Assembly (NCBI GenBank): GCA_963796275.1
Contig: CAWCKY010000004.1
Span: forward strand, 992,001 to 1,056,000
Length of the DNA stretch: 64,000 nucleotides
Reading direction: 5' to 3'
Source of the DNA: an uncultured Acidobacteriota bacterium
Lineage (GTDB): Bacteria > Acidobacteriota > Blastocatellia > RBC074
Position 1 is the first letter of the stretch; the number at the start of each line of letters is the position of its first letter. A program made the translations under genes and the position numbers. Below the pieces are notes generated by a model. It was not told the DNA's origin and ran no database searches. It saw nothing but the letters and a program-made list of their open reading frames with translations. This document shows positions 27,085-37,544 of the stretch, piece after piece.

Positions 27085-29770
27085 CTATTCACTCCTCAAA
27101 GCGACCACCGGATCTACCTTCGCTGCCCGCCGCGCCGGAATCCAGCAGGCCAGCAAGGCAACCAGCGCCAGCAGCAGCGCAATCGCAGCAAACGTCACCG
27201 GATCGGTGGCGCTCACGCCGAAGAGCAGATTCTTCATCGTTCGCGTCAACGCGACCGACGCGACCAGGCCAAGCGCCACGCCCGCGAGCGCCAGCTTCAT
27301 TCCCTGCCCAATCACCAGTTTCAGCACATCACTCACCTGCGCGCCGAGCGCCATCCGAACGCCGATTTCGCGCGTGCGCTGAGCGACCGCGTACGACATC
27401 AATCCGTAAATCCCGAGGCTGGCGAGCGCGAGCGCGACGATGGCGAAGACGGTCAGCAACAGCATGGAAAAACGCCGAGCGGCGACCGATTGCGCCACGG
27501 CCTGCTCCATCGTGCGCACGTTGAAGACCGCCTGATCTTTATTCAAAGCCGCCACCTGGCCGCGCACCGCCGAGGCCAGGCTCAACGGTTCGACCTCGGT
27601 GCGCGTCAGCAGATTGATGCGCCGCACATAGCCTGGCAGCCGCTCTGCGGGAATCTGATTGAAGTTGAGATAGAACTGCGCCGGGGTTGGTCCTTGTGCG
27701 TCCAGGCTGTTCGGTTCGGCGTGCCGGACAATCGCCCACAATCTCTATCCCCGGCGCGTCGGCAGATGCCTTCAACCGCTTGCCGAGCGGGTCTTCGTTG
27801 GGGAAGTACCGCTGCGCGAGCACTTCGTCAATGATGACGACCGATGGGGTGTCGGGCGTATCCTCGGCGGTGAAGAGGCGGCCTTTGATCAACTCAATGC
27901 CCATCGTCTGGAAGTAAGCGGGACTCACGTGGTAGCGAAGGCCGGAAGGTTTATTGTCGGTCTCCGGTCGGCCTTCAATGAGGAACGGCGGGAAGTTCGT
28001 CGAGCCAAAGGGAATCCCGTTCGACACCGCGACCGATTTGACGCCGGGCAGGTTGCGGACGTTTTGTTGCAACTGCTCGAAGAAGTTCGCCACTTGCTGA
28101 CCGTCGGGGTTGTTGACGGAAACCTGCATCGTGAGCAGGTTCTGCGCCTTGAAACCCGGGTCAACCTGTAGCACGCGCCGAAAGCTCTGAATGAGCAAAC
28201 CCGCGCCCACCAGCAGCGTCAGCGTCAGGGCGACTTCGCCAACGACCAACACGCTGCGCAGCCGCTGGCGGCGCCCGGATGAACCCCGCTCTCCTTCCTT
28301 CAACCCTTCCGTCAGATTCGGGCGTGAAGCTTGCAAGGCCGGAGCCAAGCCGAAGAGCAAACCGGTCAGGAGCGAGACGGCGAGCGTGAAGACCAACACC
28401 GGCGCGTCAACACTGGCTTCCTGCAAGCGCGGGATGCCGTCAGGCAATTGCGCAGCGATCAAACTCGTGCCCCAGAACGCGAGCAGGATTCCCAACGCGG
28501 CACCCAACGCGGCCAGCAGGACGCTCTCGGTCAGCAGTTGACGAACGAGCGCGGCACGGCTGGCGCCGAGCGCCACGCGCACCGCCATCTCCTTTTGCCG
28601 CGCCGACGCACGCACGAGCAGGAGGTTGGCGACATTGGCGCAGGCGATCAATAAGACCAGGCCGACTGCGCCCAGCAAAATCAAGAGCGGCTGTCGCACG
28701 TTGCCGACAAAGCTTTCGTGCAGCGGCGTCAGCAGCACGCGCCGCCCTTTGTTGCTCTCGGGATATTGTTGTTCCAGCCGCGCGGCAACCAGATTCAGAT
28801 CCGTCTCCCCCTGCTGCTGCGATACGTTCGGTTTCAAACGCGCGACGACGTCGGTTCCCGGATCTGCGCCGCGCCGCCGAAAGCGTTCCGCCTGGAGACC
28901 GATGGGCACAGTGACGTCGGCTTCAATCCCGTACTGGAAATTTGCCGGACGTAATCCCGACGACGGTGAAGCTTTGATTGTTGAGCGTGAGCTGTTTCCC
29001 GAGGATGCCCGGGTCATTGCCAAACCTGCGCTGCCAGAATCCGTAACTCAGGATCACCGCCGGAGTCGCGCCCGGACGGTCTTCTTCCGCGAGAAAGTCG
29101 CGCCCCAACAGCGGCTTGATGCCCAGCAGTGGAGAAGAACTCCGCCGAGACGAGCCGCCCCTGCAAGCGTTCCGGTTCGCCTGCGCCCGTGAAGTTGAAA
29201 CTCTCGTTCCCACGCACCGCCGAGATGTGACTCGAAGGCCGTGTTCTGCGCGCGCCAATCAACAAAGTTGGGATAGGACGGCGAGAAGCCTCCCCCTGCG
29301 CCAACACGCTCCTGAAGGATCACCAGGCGCTCCGGCGCCTGGTACGGAAACGGGCGCAGGAGCACCGCATTGACGATGCTGAAGATCGCCGTGTTCGCGC
29401 CGATGCCCAGCGCCAGCGTCAGGACAGCAATCAAGGTGAAGCCCGGTTGTTTCAGTAACATTCGTGCGCCGAAGCGTAAGTCTTGCCATAGTTCTGCGAT
29501 CATATTTCTCCTCCGATTGGTTGCAAGCACAAGGGGTTCCGGCGCGAAATGCTGCTCCACTCGCCGTAGTTCCCGCGCCAAGGTTTCATGCTCGCTCAAT
29601 TCCGCCAGCGTCCGGCGTTCGGCGTCCGCTTCAGTCGCGCCGCTCGAGAGCAATTCCGCGTAGCAGTCGGCTAAGTCCTGTGACAGCTCTTCAATAATCG
29701 CAGCCTCGCGCGTTGGCTCGAGCTTCAGTTTCGCCAGCCGCTGTCTGATTTTCGGTTTCCACTCAGGCAC
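27085..29770 (-). pseudogene. ADOP permease (EWK prefix) interrupted by four +1 frameshifts; pseudogene or sequencing errors
   Basis: [14 protein letters not shown] start. The reading frame is continuous if single extra bases near 29228, 29127, 28949 and 27733 are removed. Confidence 0.8.
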
Positions 29771-29810
29771 GTTCGATCTTCCTTCGTTCACCGCGTGAGT
29801 CCGCCGCGAT

Positions 29811-32519
29811 TCATTCATAACGCAGCGCGACCAGCGGATCCACCTTGGTCGCCCGCCGCGCCGGAACATAACAGGCGATCAAGGCGACCACGGCTAACAT
29901 CAGCGTCACGCCGATAAAAGTCGCCAGATCGGTCGAACTCACTCCGACCAGTACGCTCTTCATCAGCCGCGTCAAAGCCAATGCGCCGGCCAGCCCCAAT
30001 GCCAGCCCAATCAACAACAGGGCCATTCCCTGCCAGATGACCAACCGCAGCACATCACCGCTTCGGGCTCCCAGGGCCATCCGAATGCCGAGCTCGCGCG
30101 TCCGCTGGCTGACCGCATAGCTCATCACGCCATAAATACCCAATCCCGCCAGGCTGAGCGCCAGCAGCGCGAAGCTGCCTGCCACCCACGCGCCCGTACG
30201 GAGAGGAAAGAGCGAGATACGCATGTGTTCGTTCATCGTCTTGGCGTCGTAGACCGGCAGGTTACCGTCGAGTTGCCGCACTTCGTGGCGAATAGCATTG
30301 ATAAGATTTTGCGGTTCGCCGGTCGTACGCGCGACAAATGCGGCGGAACCTTCGTAATCTCCGATCATCGGGTAGTAGACGAACGGTTGTGGGTCTTCGC
30401 CAAGGCTAACAAACTTGCTGTCTTTCACGACCCCGACGATCTCCCAGAAAGGGTTCCCCGGCCCACCATGTCGAAATCGTCGTCCGACTGCGTTCTGTCC
30501 CGGCCAGAACCGGCGTGCGAAGGCCTCGCTGACGAGGGCGACGTGCCTCCGGTCATTGCCGTCCAGGATCGTGAAATCACGTCCCTGCACTAGCGGAATG
30601 CCCATCGTCTCGAAATAACGCGGCCAGACCGAGGTAAAAAGAATCAACGGGAGATCGGCTGTGCGCGTGAATGGCTGCCCCTCGGCATAGATCTTGCCGC
30701 TGTTGCGATCCATCATGAGCGGAAGGATAGTGGTGAGCGAAGCCGACTGCACGCCGGGCAGGTTTTCGATGCGGGCGATAAGCTGTTTGAAAAACTGCAA
30801 ACCGCGTTCCTGGTTGTAACCTTGTAGATTGAGATCGACAGACGCCGTCACAGTGCGTTCTACTTCGAAGCCCGGCCCTATCGTCTGAACCTGCTGCAAA
30901 CTTCGGACGATCAGCCCGGCAGCCACCAGCAGTAAGAGCGACAGGGCCACCTGAGTTACAACCAGACCTTTGCTCAAGCGCGAACGGCGATAGCCGCCGA
31001 TAACGGCCTCATTTTTCAGTGCGGTATTGAGATCAGGCTTTGTCGCCTGCCAGGCAGGGATCAATCCAAAGAGCACGCCCGAAAGGAACGAAACGATAAG
31101 AGTAAAAAGCAGCACGCGCCAATCTATCTTGAGATCGATCGTCAGCGCGAAATCCATGGGCGGCTTGACGGCTTTGACCAAACCGACGAGCCACCAGGCA
31201 ATCATCGAGCCCAACGCCCCTCCGGCCAGTGCCAACATCAAGCTTTCGGTCAGCAACTGACGCACGAGGCGCCAGCGGCTGGCCCCGAGCGCCAGGCGCA
31301 CGGCAATCTCTTTACTCCGCCGCGCCGCACGAGCCAGCAGCAGATTCGCCAGATTCGTGCATGCGATCAACAAGACCAGACCGACTACCGCCAGCATCAC
31401 GCCGGCAAACCCCACCGTATAGTCGCGCAGCATCGGCAGAAACAGTCCGGGCGGCGCGATATTGAACTGCATGTTTCCAACCGCTGGATCCTCGCGCCCT
31501 AACTGCACAGCCAGCGCATCCAACTCAGCCTTGGTCTGCGTCACGGAAACATTCGGCTTCAATCGCCCCAGCGCAAATATCTTGCCGTTGCCGCGATTTT
31601 CCAGCCAGTTCGATCCCGGCTCGATCTGATTGGCCATCATCATCGGCACAAATATCTCCGGCGTGAAGATCAAGACCGTGCCGTTGAATTCCGGCGGCGC
31701 TATGCCGATAACCGTGAAACTATTGCTATTGATGGTGATGGTCTGGCCGACCAGATTCGGATCGCCTCCGAAACGCCGCTGCCAACTCCCATAGCTGACC
31801 ACGGCTACAGGATGGGCGCCCGACACGCGATCATCCGCCTGCGTGAACATTCGCCCTCGAACCGCACGCACGCCCAGCATGTCGAAGTAATTGCCCGAGA
31901 CCAGATAGCCCCAGAGCCGTTCGTTATTGCCGCTCCGGCTCAGACTCAGCGGAACAAAACGATAGGCCGCGAGCCCATCCAGCACATCGTTCTTGTCGCG
32001 GAAGTCTCGATATAACGGGTACGAGAAATTGCCGACGCTTTCGCCCTGGCGCAACGGCGTAATCTCGAAAACGCGATCCGGCTGCGCCACCGGCAAGGGG
32101 CGCAGCATCACCGTGTTGACCAGGCTGAAGATTGCGGTGTTTGCGCCGATGCCCAGCGCCAGCGTGACCACGGCGATCAATGTGAAGCCGGGATTCTTCC
32201 GTAGCATCCGTACGCCATAGCGTATGTCTTGCCAAAGGTCTGCGATCATATTTGTTCTCCTCGATCCCGAGACCATGGGTTCATCGTCGACGAGTCGCTC
32301 GATCGATTGCAATTCACGCGCGAGCAATTCCCGGTCGCTCAATTCCGCAAGCGCTGCGCGGTAGGCCTCTTCAGGCGTCGCCCCACGCACGAGCGACTCC
32401 GCATAGTGATCCTCCAGATGCTGAGCCAGCTCATCGACGATGGCGGCTTCGCGCGATGGTGCAAGTTTCAACCTCGCCAGCCGCTGTTTGATCTCTCCCT
32501 TCCACTCGGGCGCATTCAT
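29811..32519 (-). CDS. ADOP-type ABC permease with EWK prefix
   Basis: Full duplicated MacB_PCD-FtsX motifs; ends [18 protein letters not shown]. Confidence 0.93.
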   Translation of the reverse strand: MNAPEWKGEIKQRLARLKLAPSREAAIVDELAQHLEDHYAESLVRGATPEEAYRAALAELSDRELLARELQSIERLVDDEPMVSGSRRTNMIADLWQDIRYGVRMLRKNPGFTLIAVVTLALGIGANTAIFSLVNTVMLRPLPVAQPDRVFEITPLRQGESVGNFSYPLYRDFRDKNDVLDGLAAYRFVPLSLSRSGNNERLWGYLVSGNYFDMLGVRAVRGRMFTQADDRVSGAHPVAVVSYGSWQRRFGGDPNLVGQTITINSNSFTVIGIAPPEFNGTVLIFTPEIFVPMMMANQIEPGSNWLENRGNGKIFALGRLKPNVSVTQTKAELDALAVQLGREDPAVGNMQFNIAPPGLFLPMLRDYTVGFAGVMLAVVGLVLLIACTNLANLLLARAARRSKEIAVRLALGASRWRLVRQLLTESLMLALAGGALGSMIAWWLVGLVKAVKPPMDFALTIDLKIDWRVLLFTLIVSFLSGVLFGLIPAWQATKPDLNTALKNEAVIGGYRRSRLSKGLVVTQVALSLLLLVAAGLIVRSLQQVQTIGPGFEVERTVTASVDLNLQGYNQERGLQFFKQLIARIENLPGVQSASLTTILPLMMDRNSGKIYAEGQPFTRTADLPLILFTSVWPRYFETMGIPLVQGRDFTILDGNDRRHVALVSEAFARRFWPGQNAVGRRFRHGGPGNPFWEIVGVVKDSKFVSLGEDPQPFVYYPMIGDYEGSAAFVARTTGEPQNLINAIRHEVRQLDGNLPVYDAKTMNEHMRISLFPLRTGAWVAGSFALLALSLAGLGIYGVMSYAVSQRTRELGIRMALGARSGDVLRLVIWQGMALLLIGLALGLAGALALTRLMKSVLVGVSSTDLATFIGVTLMLAVVALIACYVPARRATKVDPLVALRYE

Positions 32520-32560
32520 CTCAGACTCCAGATCATAATCTCAATACTTGTTAGGGCGAT

Positions 32561-32589
32561 ATATTATATAGACAGGTATACGCGATCAA
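32561..32589 (-). promoter_or_regulatory. Conserved PadR/ADOP promoter, copy 2
   Basis: TTGATC-gcgtatacctgtctata(17 nt)-TAATAT. Confidence 0.65.
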
Positions 32590-32694
32590 GTGGGATGGGG
32601 TTCAACAAAAATATCAACTGAGAGCCACAGAATGGCGGAATCTTCCCAAGATCGGACAATTTCTCGATCCGGCTTTTCTCCTTCCGCGCGGGCT

Positions 32695-32755
32695 CTCCTA
32701 AAACATTAGTTGACAAGGCGATTCTTGATGAGATATGCTCCTAACATATTAGGAG
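32695..32755 (+). promoter_or_regulatory. Promoter with two palindromic operators (BlaI/MecI-type candidate)
   Basis: TTGACA(32710-32715)-18 nt-TATGCT. Palindrome CTCCTAA-cata-TTAGGAG at 32738-32755 and an imperfect copy CTCCTAA-aaca-TTAGTTG at 32695-32712. Confidence 0.7.
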
Positions 32756-32766
32756 AACTCGCGGCT

Positions 32767-32910
32767 ATGAGCGACATAGCAGGGCGAACAAAATTCGGCG
32801 GCTTGGCGGAGAACATGGTGATGAGCTCGCGACCGAACGTTTAACTCCGCAAAAGATGGCGAGGTTGAATAAGCTCTTAAAGGTATTCGACACAGAATGG
32901 GAGGCGAATA
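32767..32910 (+). pseudogene. Relic of a BlaI/MecI/CopY repressor (C-terminal dimerisation part only)
   Basis: KFGGLAENMVMS, then after a frameshift ERLTPQKMARLNKLL, resembling a BlaI C-terminus. It lies directly upstream of the M56 gene and has no wHTH. Confidence 0.6.
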
Positions 32911-34341
32911 TTGAAACCGATTGAAGATTTTATGCTGGACTTTATCGTGAATGCGCTCTGGCAGCCGGTATTGCTGGCGGCGATCGCGGCCATTTGTCTC
33001 CGCCTGCTGTTACGCAGAGCGTCCGCGCGGCATCACCATGTTGTGTGGGTGACGGCTCTCATCATGAGCGTCTTATTGCCGTTTTGGAGTGCTCTCCCGG
33101 AAAGGATCGATCCGCTAAAACCGGCGTTCTTACCGATCGCGATCAACCTGCCGGCTCTGGGGGTATTCCCTGACAGGCATTCTATCACGCGAGCTAAAGG
33201 ATCCGGTTCGATCAACAACTCCTCGACGCTGAGTGGTCTCCCATTCAAAAGTATTTTCACCAGTCTTTTTTTGCTGTTTATCCTCTATCGTTTGCTGAAG
33301 TTGGGGAGGGCCTGGAGTGCGACTCGGGCAATCCGCAAGCGCGCTATTCCGGTCGTAATCTCAAAGAGGTTGGAGAAGGCGACGAATCATTGCCGTGAAA
33401 CCTTGGGAGTGGGTGATGTTTCGTTGCTTTGTTCCCCCACAGTGATGGTTCCCATTACATTAGGCTGGCATAGACCTGCGATCATCCTGCCTGAGCAAAT
33501 GGCCTCCTGCGCATCGCCTGAATTGCTGATCGCGGCGATTGGACATGAGATGACGCACATCAGGCGGCGCGATTACGCCTGGAATATCTTTTATGAGTTG
33601 CTAGTTCTGCCGATCTCGTTTCATCCGGTAGCGGCGCTGGTGAAGCGACGAATCAATGAAACGCGAGAACTGGCCTGTGACGAGACGGTTGGTGAACTGG
33701 TTATGGATGCTCACGATTATGCTCGTTCGCTCGTCGGCCTGGCCAATTACGTTTCATTATCCAGCCGTCCCACTTACACCTTAGGCGTCGATGACGCCGA
33801 TATTCTGGAGAGACGAATCATGAAACTTTTTGAGAAGATGCCTTCTGCCAGTAAACGACCGGCCAGGGTATGGTTGGCAATAACCCTCTTCGCGCTGACC
33901 TTATCCGGCGTGGGAGCCACAGCCTTTCCGATAAACATCGTGCAGAACCAGAACAACGAACCCGCATCAGGAAAACGGTTTGTTGGCACGTGGAAAAGTA
34001 ATCTCAACCGCAGCGATCTTGCCGATCAAGTCCTTATCTTCAAGATCGAAGGTGGCAGGTTGACTGGAACTCAACGGGAAATCCCGGTCAGAAATGAGAA
34101 GGGCGGTGAATCCGACCTTCCTGAGCTGACAGTAAACGGGCCTGTGATAACCTGGATGAGCAAGATGAAGGTTTCCCAGGACCAAGAACCGGATATAGAA
34201 CTGGATATATTGAACAAAGTATCCCTGGTCGGTGATGATAAAATACTTTTCGAGAAAAGCGGAAATAGTCGGGTGAGTAAGAATGGTCGCCAGGCGGGCA
34301 TAGGCGTTGCGGTAAAGTACGACATGAAAAGAGAAAAGTAA
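32911..34341 (+). CDS. BlaR1/MecR1-like M56 membrane metallopeptidase with an unknown C-terminal sensor domain
   Basis: NALWQ, TM segments, P..LGWHRPAIILP, IGHEMTHIRRRD, RELACDE and LERRI. Confidence 0.9.
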   Translation: MKPIEDFMLDFIVNALWQPVLLAAIAAICLRLLLRRASARHHHVVWVTALIMSVLLPFWSALPERIDPLKPAFLPIAINLPALGVFPDRHSITRAKGSGSINNSSTLSGLPFKSIFTSLFLLFILYRLLKLGRAWSATRAIRKRAIPVVISKRLEKATNHCRETLGVGDVSLLCSPTVMVPITLGWHRPAIILPEQMASCASPELLIAAIGHEMTHIRRRDYAWNIFYELLVLPISFHPVAALVKRRINETRELACDETVGELVMDAHDYARSLVGLANYVSLSSRPTYTLGVDDADILERRIMKLFEKMPSASKRPARVWLAITLFALTLSGVGATAFPINIVQNQNNEPASGKRFVGTWKSNLNRSDLADQVLIFKIEGGRLTGTQREIPVRNEKGGESDLPELTVNGPVITWMSKMKVSQDQEPDIELDILNKVSLVGDDKILFEKSGNSRVSKNGRQAGIGVAVKYDMKREK

Positions 34342-34381
34342 GCGAATATTGTCCACCGGTGATTACAATCCATTCGCAGTT

Positions 34382-36406
34382 TTACCGGGTTTTCTTTGTG
34401 GGAGTTGTAATCACCGGCCGCGGCGGTTTCCTCATACCTTCACCCAGATAAAAACCTGTATGCGGCGGTTGGTTGTACGCGACGTTTTGCCAAGCAATGC
34501 TCAGCCGGTATTGCGGATCGTGCATCAAGGTATAGAAGCGGTGTTTCGTCGGAATGGTCGTGGTATAAATTCGCAGCTCTTTATTGTCGGTGGTTCGCCA
34601 GATCACCTCCTCGCGCCAGTCTCCCAAGATATCGGCGCTCAGCGCGGGAGTCGCCTTCGTACCGTTGTTCGACGAGCAACCTTCGGCAGTCAGCAACACA
34701 GTCTCTACGCTCTCCGTCCAGTTCCACTTGAAGATCGAATTGCGATCCAACAATTCGCTCAGCAGATCACCGTCCCAGAGAACACCGAAGTTGCAAGAGC
34801 GCGGCTCGCGATCGGATATCTTTTCGCCTCTGGCATTGAACAATCCGCCGATTCCCGCGCCTTTGACCCAGGACTCGAAGCCGCTGTGACGCGGGTCGAT
34901 ATCGAGCGCCAGACCGCGCCCGGGCCCCTCGCCGTCAGCGCCCGCCTTGATTGAAGGCTTCTTCCATAATATCTCGCCCGTCTTTGCGTCGCGGAGATGT
35001 GCCCCGGCGTCATCGAAACGCTCCTGAATGTCGAAGACTTCCAGACCTGGTAGTGTGGGATCGAGATCGGATAGATGCAATGCGTCGCCGTGTCCCAGGC
35101 CGGTTGTGTAAAGCCCTTTGCCATTGTCGTCGATCACGCACGCGCCGTAGACGATCTCGTCCCTGCCGTCACCGTCAACGTCTCCCACGCTGAGATTATG
35201 ATTACCCTGCCCCGCATAACCTTGATTGCCCTGATCCGCGCTGTCGAAAGTCCAGACTCTCGCCAGCCTGCCGTCGCGCCAATTCCACGCGGCCATCACA
35301 GACCGGGTGTAATATCCGCGGCACATCACCAGGCTCGGTCGGTTGCCGTCAAGGTACGCGATGGCAGCGAGAAAACGATCGACCCGGTTGCCGTAACCAT
35401 CACCCCAGATTTCCTTCATTTCATCCGCAGTAGGTTTGACCTTCGTTGGATGTCGAGGAGGCATGTAATCGGTAGTTGCGAGCACCGCGCCCGTCAGCCC
35501 GTCAAAGATCGTCAGATACTCCGGGCCAGCCAGGACGTATCCTGTCGTATTGCGCCGCGCCTCAGCGCCTGACCGATCCGGAAAGGTCATGAAGGAACCC
35601 TCCGGGTTCCGCCAATCCGCGTCTCCATCGCCGATGACCTTTCCTTTTCCGTCGATAGTTCCATCAGCGGTCTTGCATGCGACCTCAGCTCTACCGTCGC
35701 CGTCGAGATCGTAGACCAGGAACTGCGTGTAGTGCGCGCCTTCACGGATGTTCTTGCCCAGATTGATGCGCCACAACAGCCTGCCGTCGAGCTTGTATGC
35801 TTCGAGGATCGGCGGATCGGTCATTCCTGCCTGCGAGTTGTCACGACCTCTGCCGGCTTGATGCAAAACGATCTCATACTCGCCGTCGCCATCCAGATCG
35901 CCCACTGAGGCGTCGTTGGGCGTATACCCCGAAGGCGTTTGTAACGGTATCGAGATGTATTGGCGGGCAGGCGCGTTGGCGGGCAGCGTGAATGCCCTGC
36001 TAGCCTCACGCTCACGCCCGTTTATAACCGGACGCACGAAATACGAAACGGCCTTGGTCAGATCGACCTTCTCGTCAATAAAATGTGTGGCCTCCGCCAA
36101 CGGTTTCGCATTGAGCTTAATCGGCCTGGCATCACCCGTTGCACGGTAAAGATTGAACGCCGTTGCTTCCGGGTCACTGCCGAGCAATCGCCAACTGATG
36201 AAGACCCTTCCCTCGCCCTGATTGATCGCAATGACGCCGCGTCCCAGCGATTCCATCTGGCGTTGCGAGACGGCTTCCACCGAAGCCAGATTCAGAGTCG
36301 AGACAAAAGTGAGCAGGACCAAAATTTTAGTGGTGATAGTCATACCTGGAAGAACCTTCGATCGGAAAAATGCGGCGATCAAGAGTAAAACCGCCACGCC
36401 TTTCAT
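34382..36406 (-). CDS. Rhamnogalacturonan lyase, PL11 (YesW/YesX-like); start may be 36343
   Basis: RQMESLGRG, FISWRLLG, NDASVGDLDGDGEYE, NIREGAHYT, GHGDALH, NNGTKATP and WQNVAYNQPPH. Confidence 0.93.
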   Translation of the reverse strand: MKGVAVLLLIAAFFRSKVLPGMTITTKILVLLTFVSTLNLASVEAVSQRQMESLGRGVIAINQGEGRVFISWRLLGSDPEATAFNLYRATGDARPIKLNAKPLAEATHFIDEKVDLTKAVSYFVRPVINGREREASRAFTLPANAPARQYISIPLQTPSGYTPNDASVGDLDGDGEYEIVLHQAGRGRDNSQAGMTDPPILEAYKLDGRLLWRINLGKNIREGAHYTQFLVYDLDGDGRAEVACKTADGTIDGKGKVIGDGDADWRNPEGSFMTFPDRSGAEARRNTTGYVLAGPEYLTIFDGLTGAVLATTDYMPPRHPTKVKPTADEMKEIWGDGYGNRVDRFLAAIAYLDGNRPSLVMCRGYYTRSVMAAWNWRDGRLARVWTFDSADQGNQGYAGQGNHNLSVGDVDGDGRDEIVYGACVIDDNGKGLYTTGLGHGDALHLSDLDPTLPGLEVFDIQERFDDAGAHLRDAKTGEILWKKPSIKAGADGEGPGRGLALDIDPRHSGFESWVKGAGIGGLFNARGEKISDREPRSCNFGVLWDGDLLSELLDRNSIFKWNWTESVETVLLTAEGCSSNNGTKATPALSADILGDWREEVIWRTTDNKELRIYTTTIPTKHRFYTLMHDPQYRLSIAWQNVAYNQPPHTGFYLGEGMRKPPRPVITTPTKKTR

Positions 36407-36770
36407 GCTTTTTTCACTTTCAAGACAATGAAAGTAAGGTCATCGTGCTGGGGCGCGCCGGCGCACCACGCATTTGCTCGCCGCACGACTTCATCGCGGA
36501 TATTATTAGTTGCCAGTCCCGTGGTCGCTTCGAGCGCCGCCTGGCTCCTCGCTTCACCGAACTCTTCTCCATTCACATTCACCGCCTCCGATAAACCATC
36601 GGTGAAGCCGATCAGCACATCGTCCGGCTGCATCTGCACGACCTCCTGCTCGTAGCCGCAATGCTCGAACATTCCGACAAACATACCGCCGCAACTGAGT
36701 TGCCTGAAGTCACGCGCGCCATTGGCGCGGAAAAGAATCGGCGGATTATGACCGGCATATCTTATGCGAG
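36403..36770 (-). pseudogene. C-terminal fragment of a PP2C/SpoIIE-type phosphatase
   Basis: AGHNPP, FTDGLSEA..GEEFGE and QHDDLT; the N-terminal half is absent. Confidence 0.8.
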
Positions 36771-36799
36771 GAAAGATTCTCATTTAAGGTGTGGTGCCC

Positions 36800-36950
36800 C
36801 CTTCGTGCCCGGCGGAACCATCGGGCCTGTCTTCGTTGTGCGGCTTCGGAATATAACAGGCCAGCAGGACCATGACCATATGAGTTATATCTGCTCACTG
36901 AACATTCGGATCGTCAACCGCCAAGCCATCGTCCGGCCCTGATATTTGTC
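36800..36950 (-). pseudogene. Highly degraded ADOP C-terminal remnant
   Basis: MVLLACYIP followed by frameshifted TTKTGPMV, resembling [16 protein letters not shown]. Confidence 0.45.
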
Positions 36951-36983
36951 GAGATGTTTGGCTGCCGATTATTTACGAATTAT

Positions 36984-37530
36984 TTACGAAACACGGACGC
37001 ACTTCTCATAACAGTCATGAAGTCTTCCTCTGATCCGGAATACTCGCAGTCTCAGCGCGTTTATGGTCAGTCCCATGGCCATGCCGAGCTCTATCTTACC
37101 GTTGTTATCCAGTGTGCAGTTTTTTACCATCAGATTCTCGCTCTTCCGGCGCGAGCGCATGCAAACACTTTTTCATGCAATCCATCTGATGCTCATCATC
37201 TCGCCGATCGAGTCCCGGCGAAGATAGCTGCTCATCGAGCGGCTCCCACTCCCTTTTGGGATCATCCCAATATTCAAGCAATACCAACCGAGCGACGCCG
37301 AAGGAGAACTTGACCAGGTCTTTAATCTCGTAACCTTCTTCCATCTTCCGGGCGATGCGGTTGATAGTCTCATCGCTTAACTCTGCGGGGACCCGACACC
37401 CTCTCCGCTCGAAGAAGTAAATTAATCTTATACGGAGTTTTTCATATTCTTCTCCTGCCCGTGCCGGATCGGCATTGAACCGCGCGAGTAACTTAAAGAA
37501 AGCTTCTTCGCTCAAATCCCACTTCTTCAT
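36984..37530 (-). CDS. ECF-like sigma-70 factor with one frameshift near 37137
   Basis: AGEEYEKLRIRLIYFF..AELSDETINR (sigma2). The shifted frame continues NLMVKN..MGLTINALRLRVFRIRGRLHDC (sigma4 HTH) to TAA at 36984. Confidence 0.75.
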
Positions 37531-37544
37531 TATTTATTTTATCT

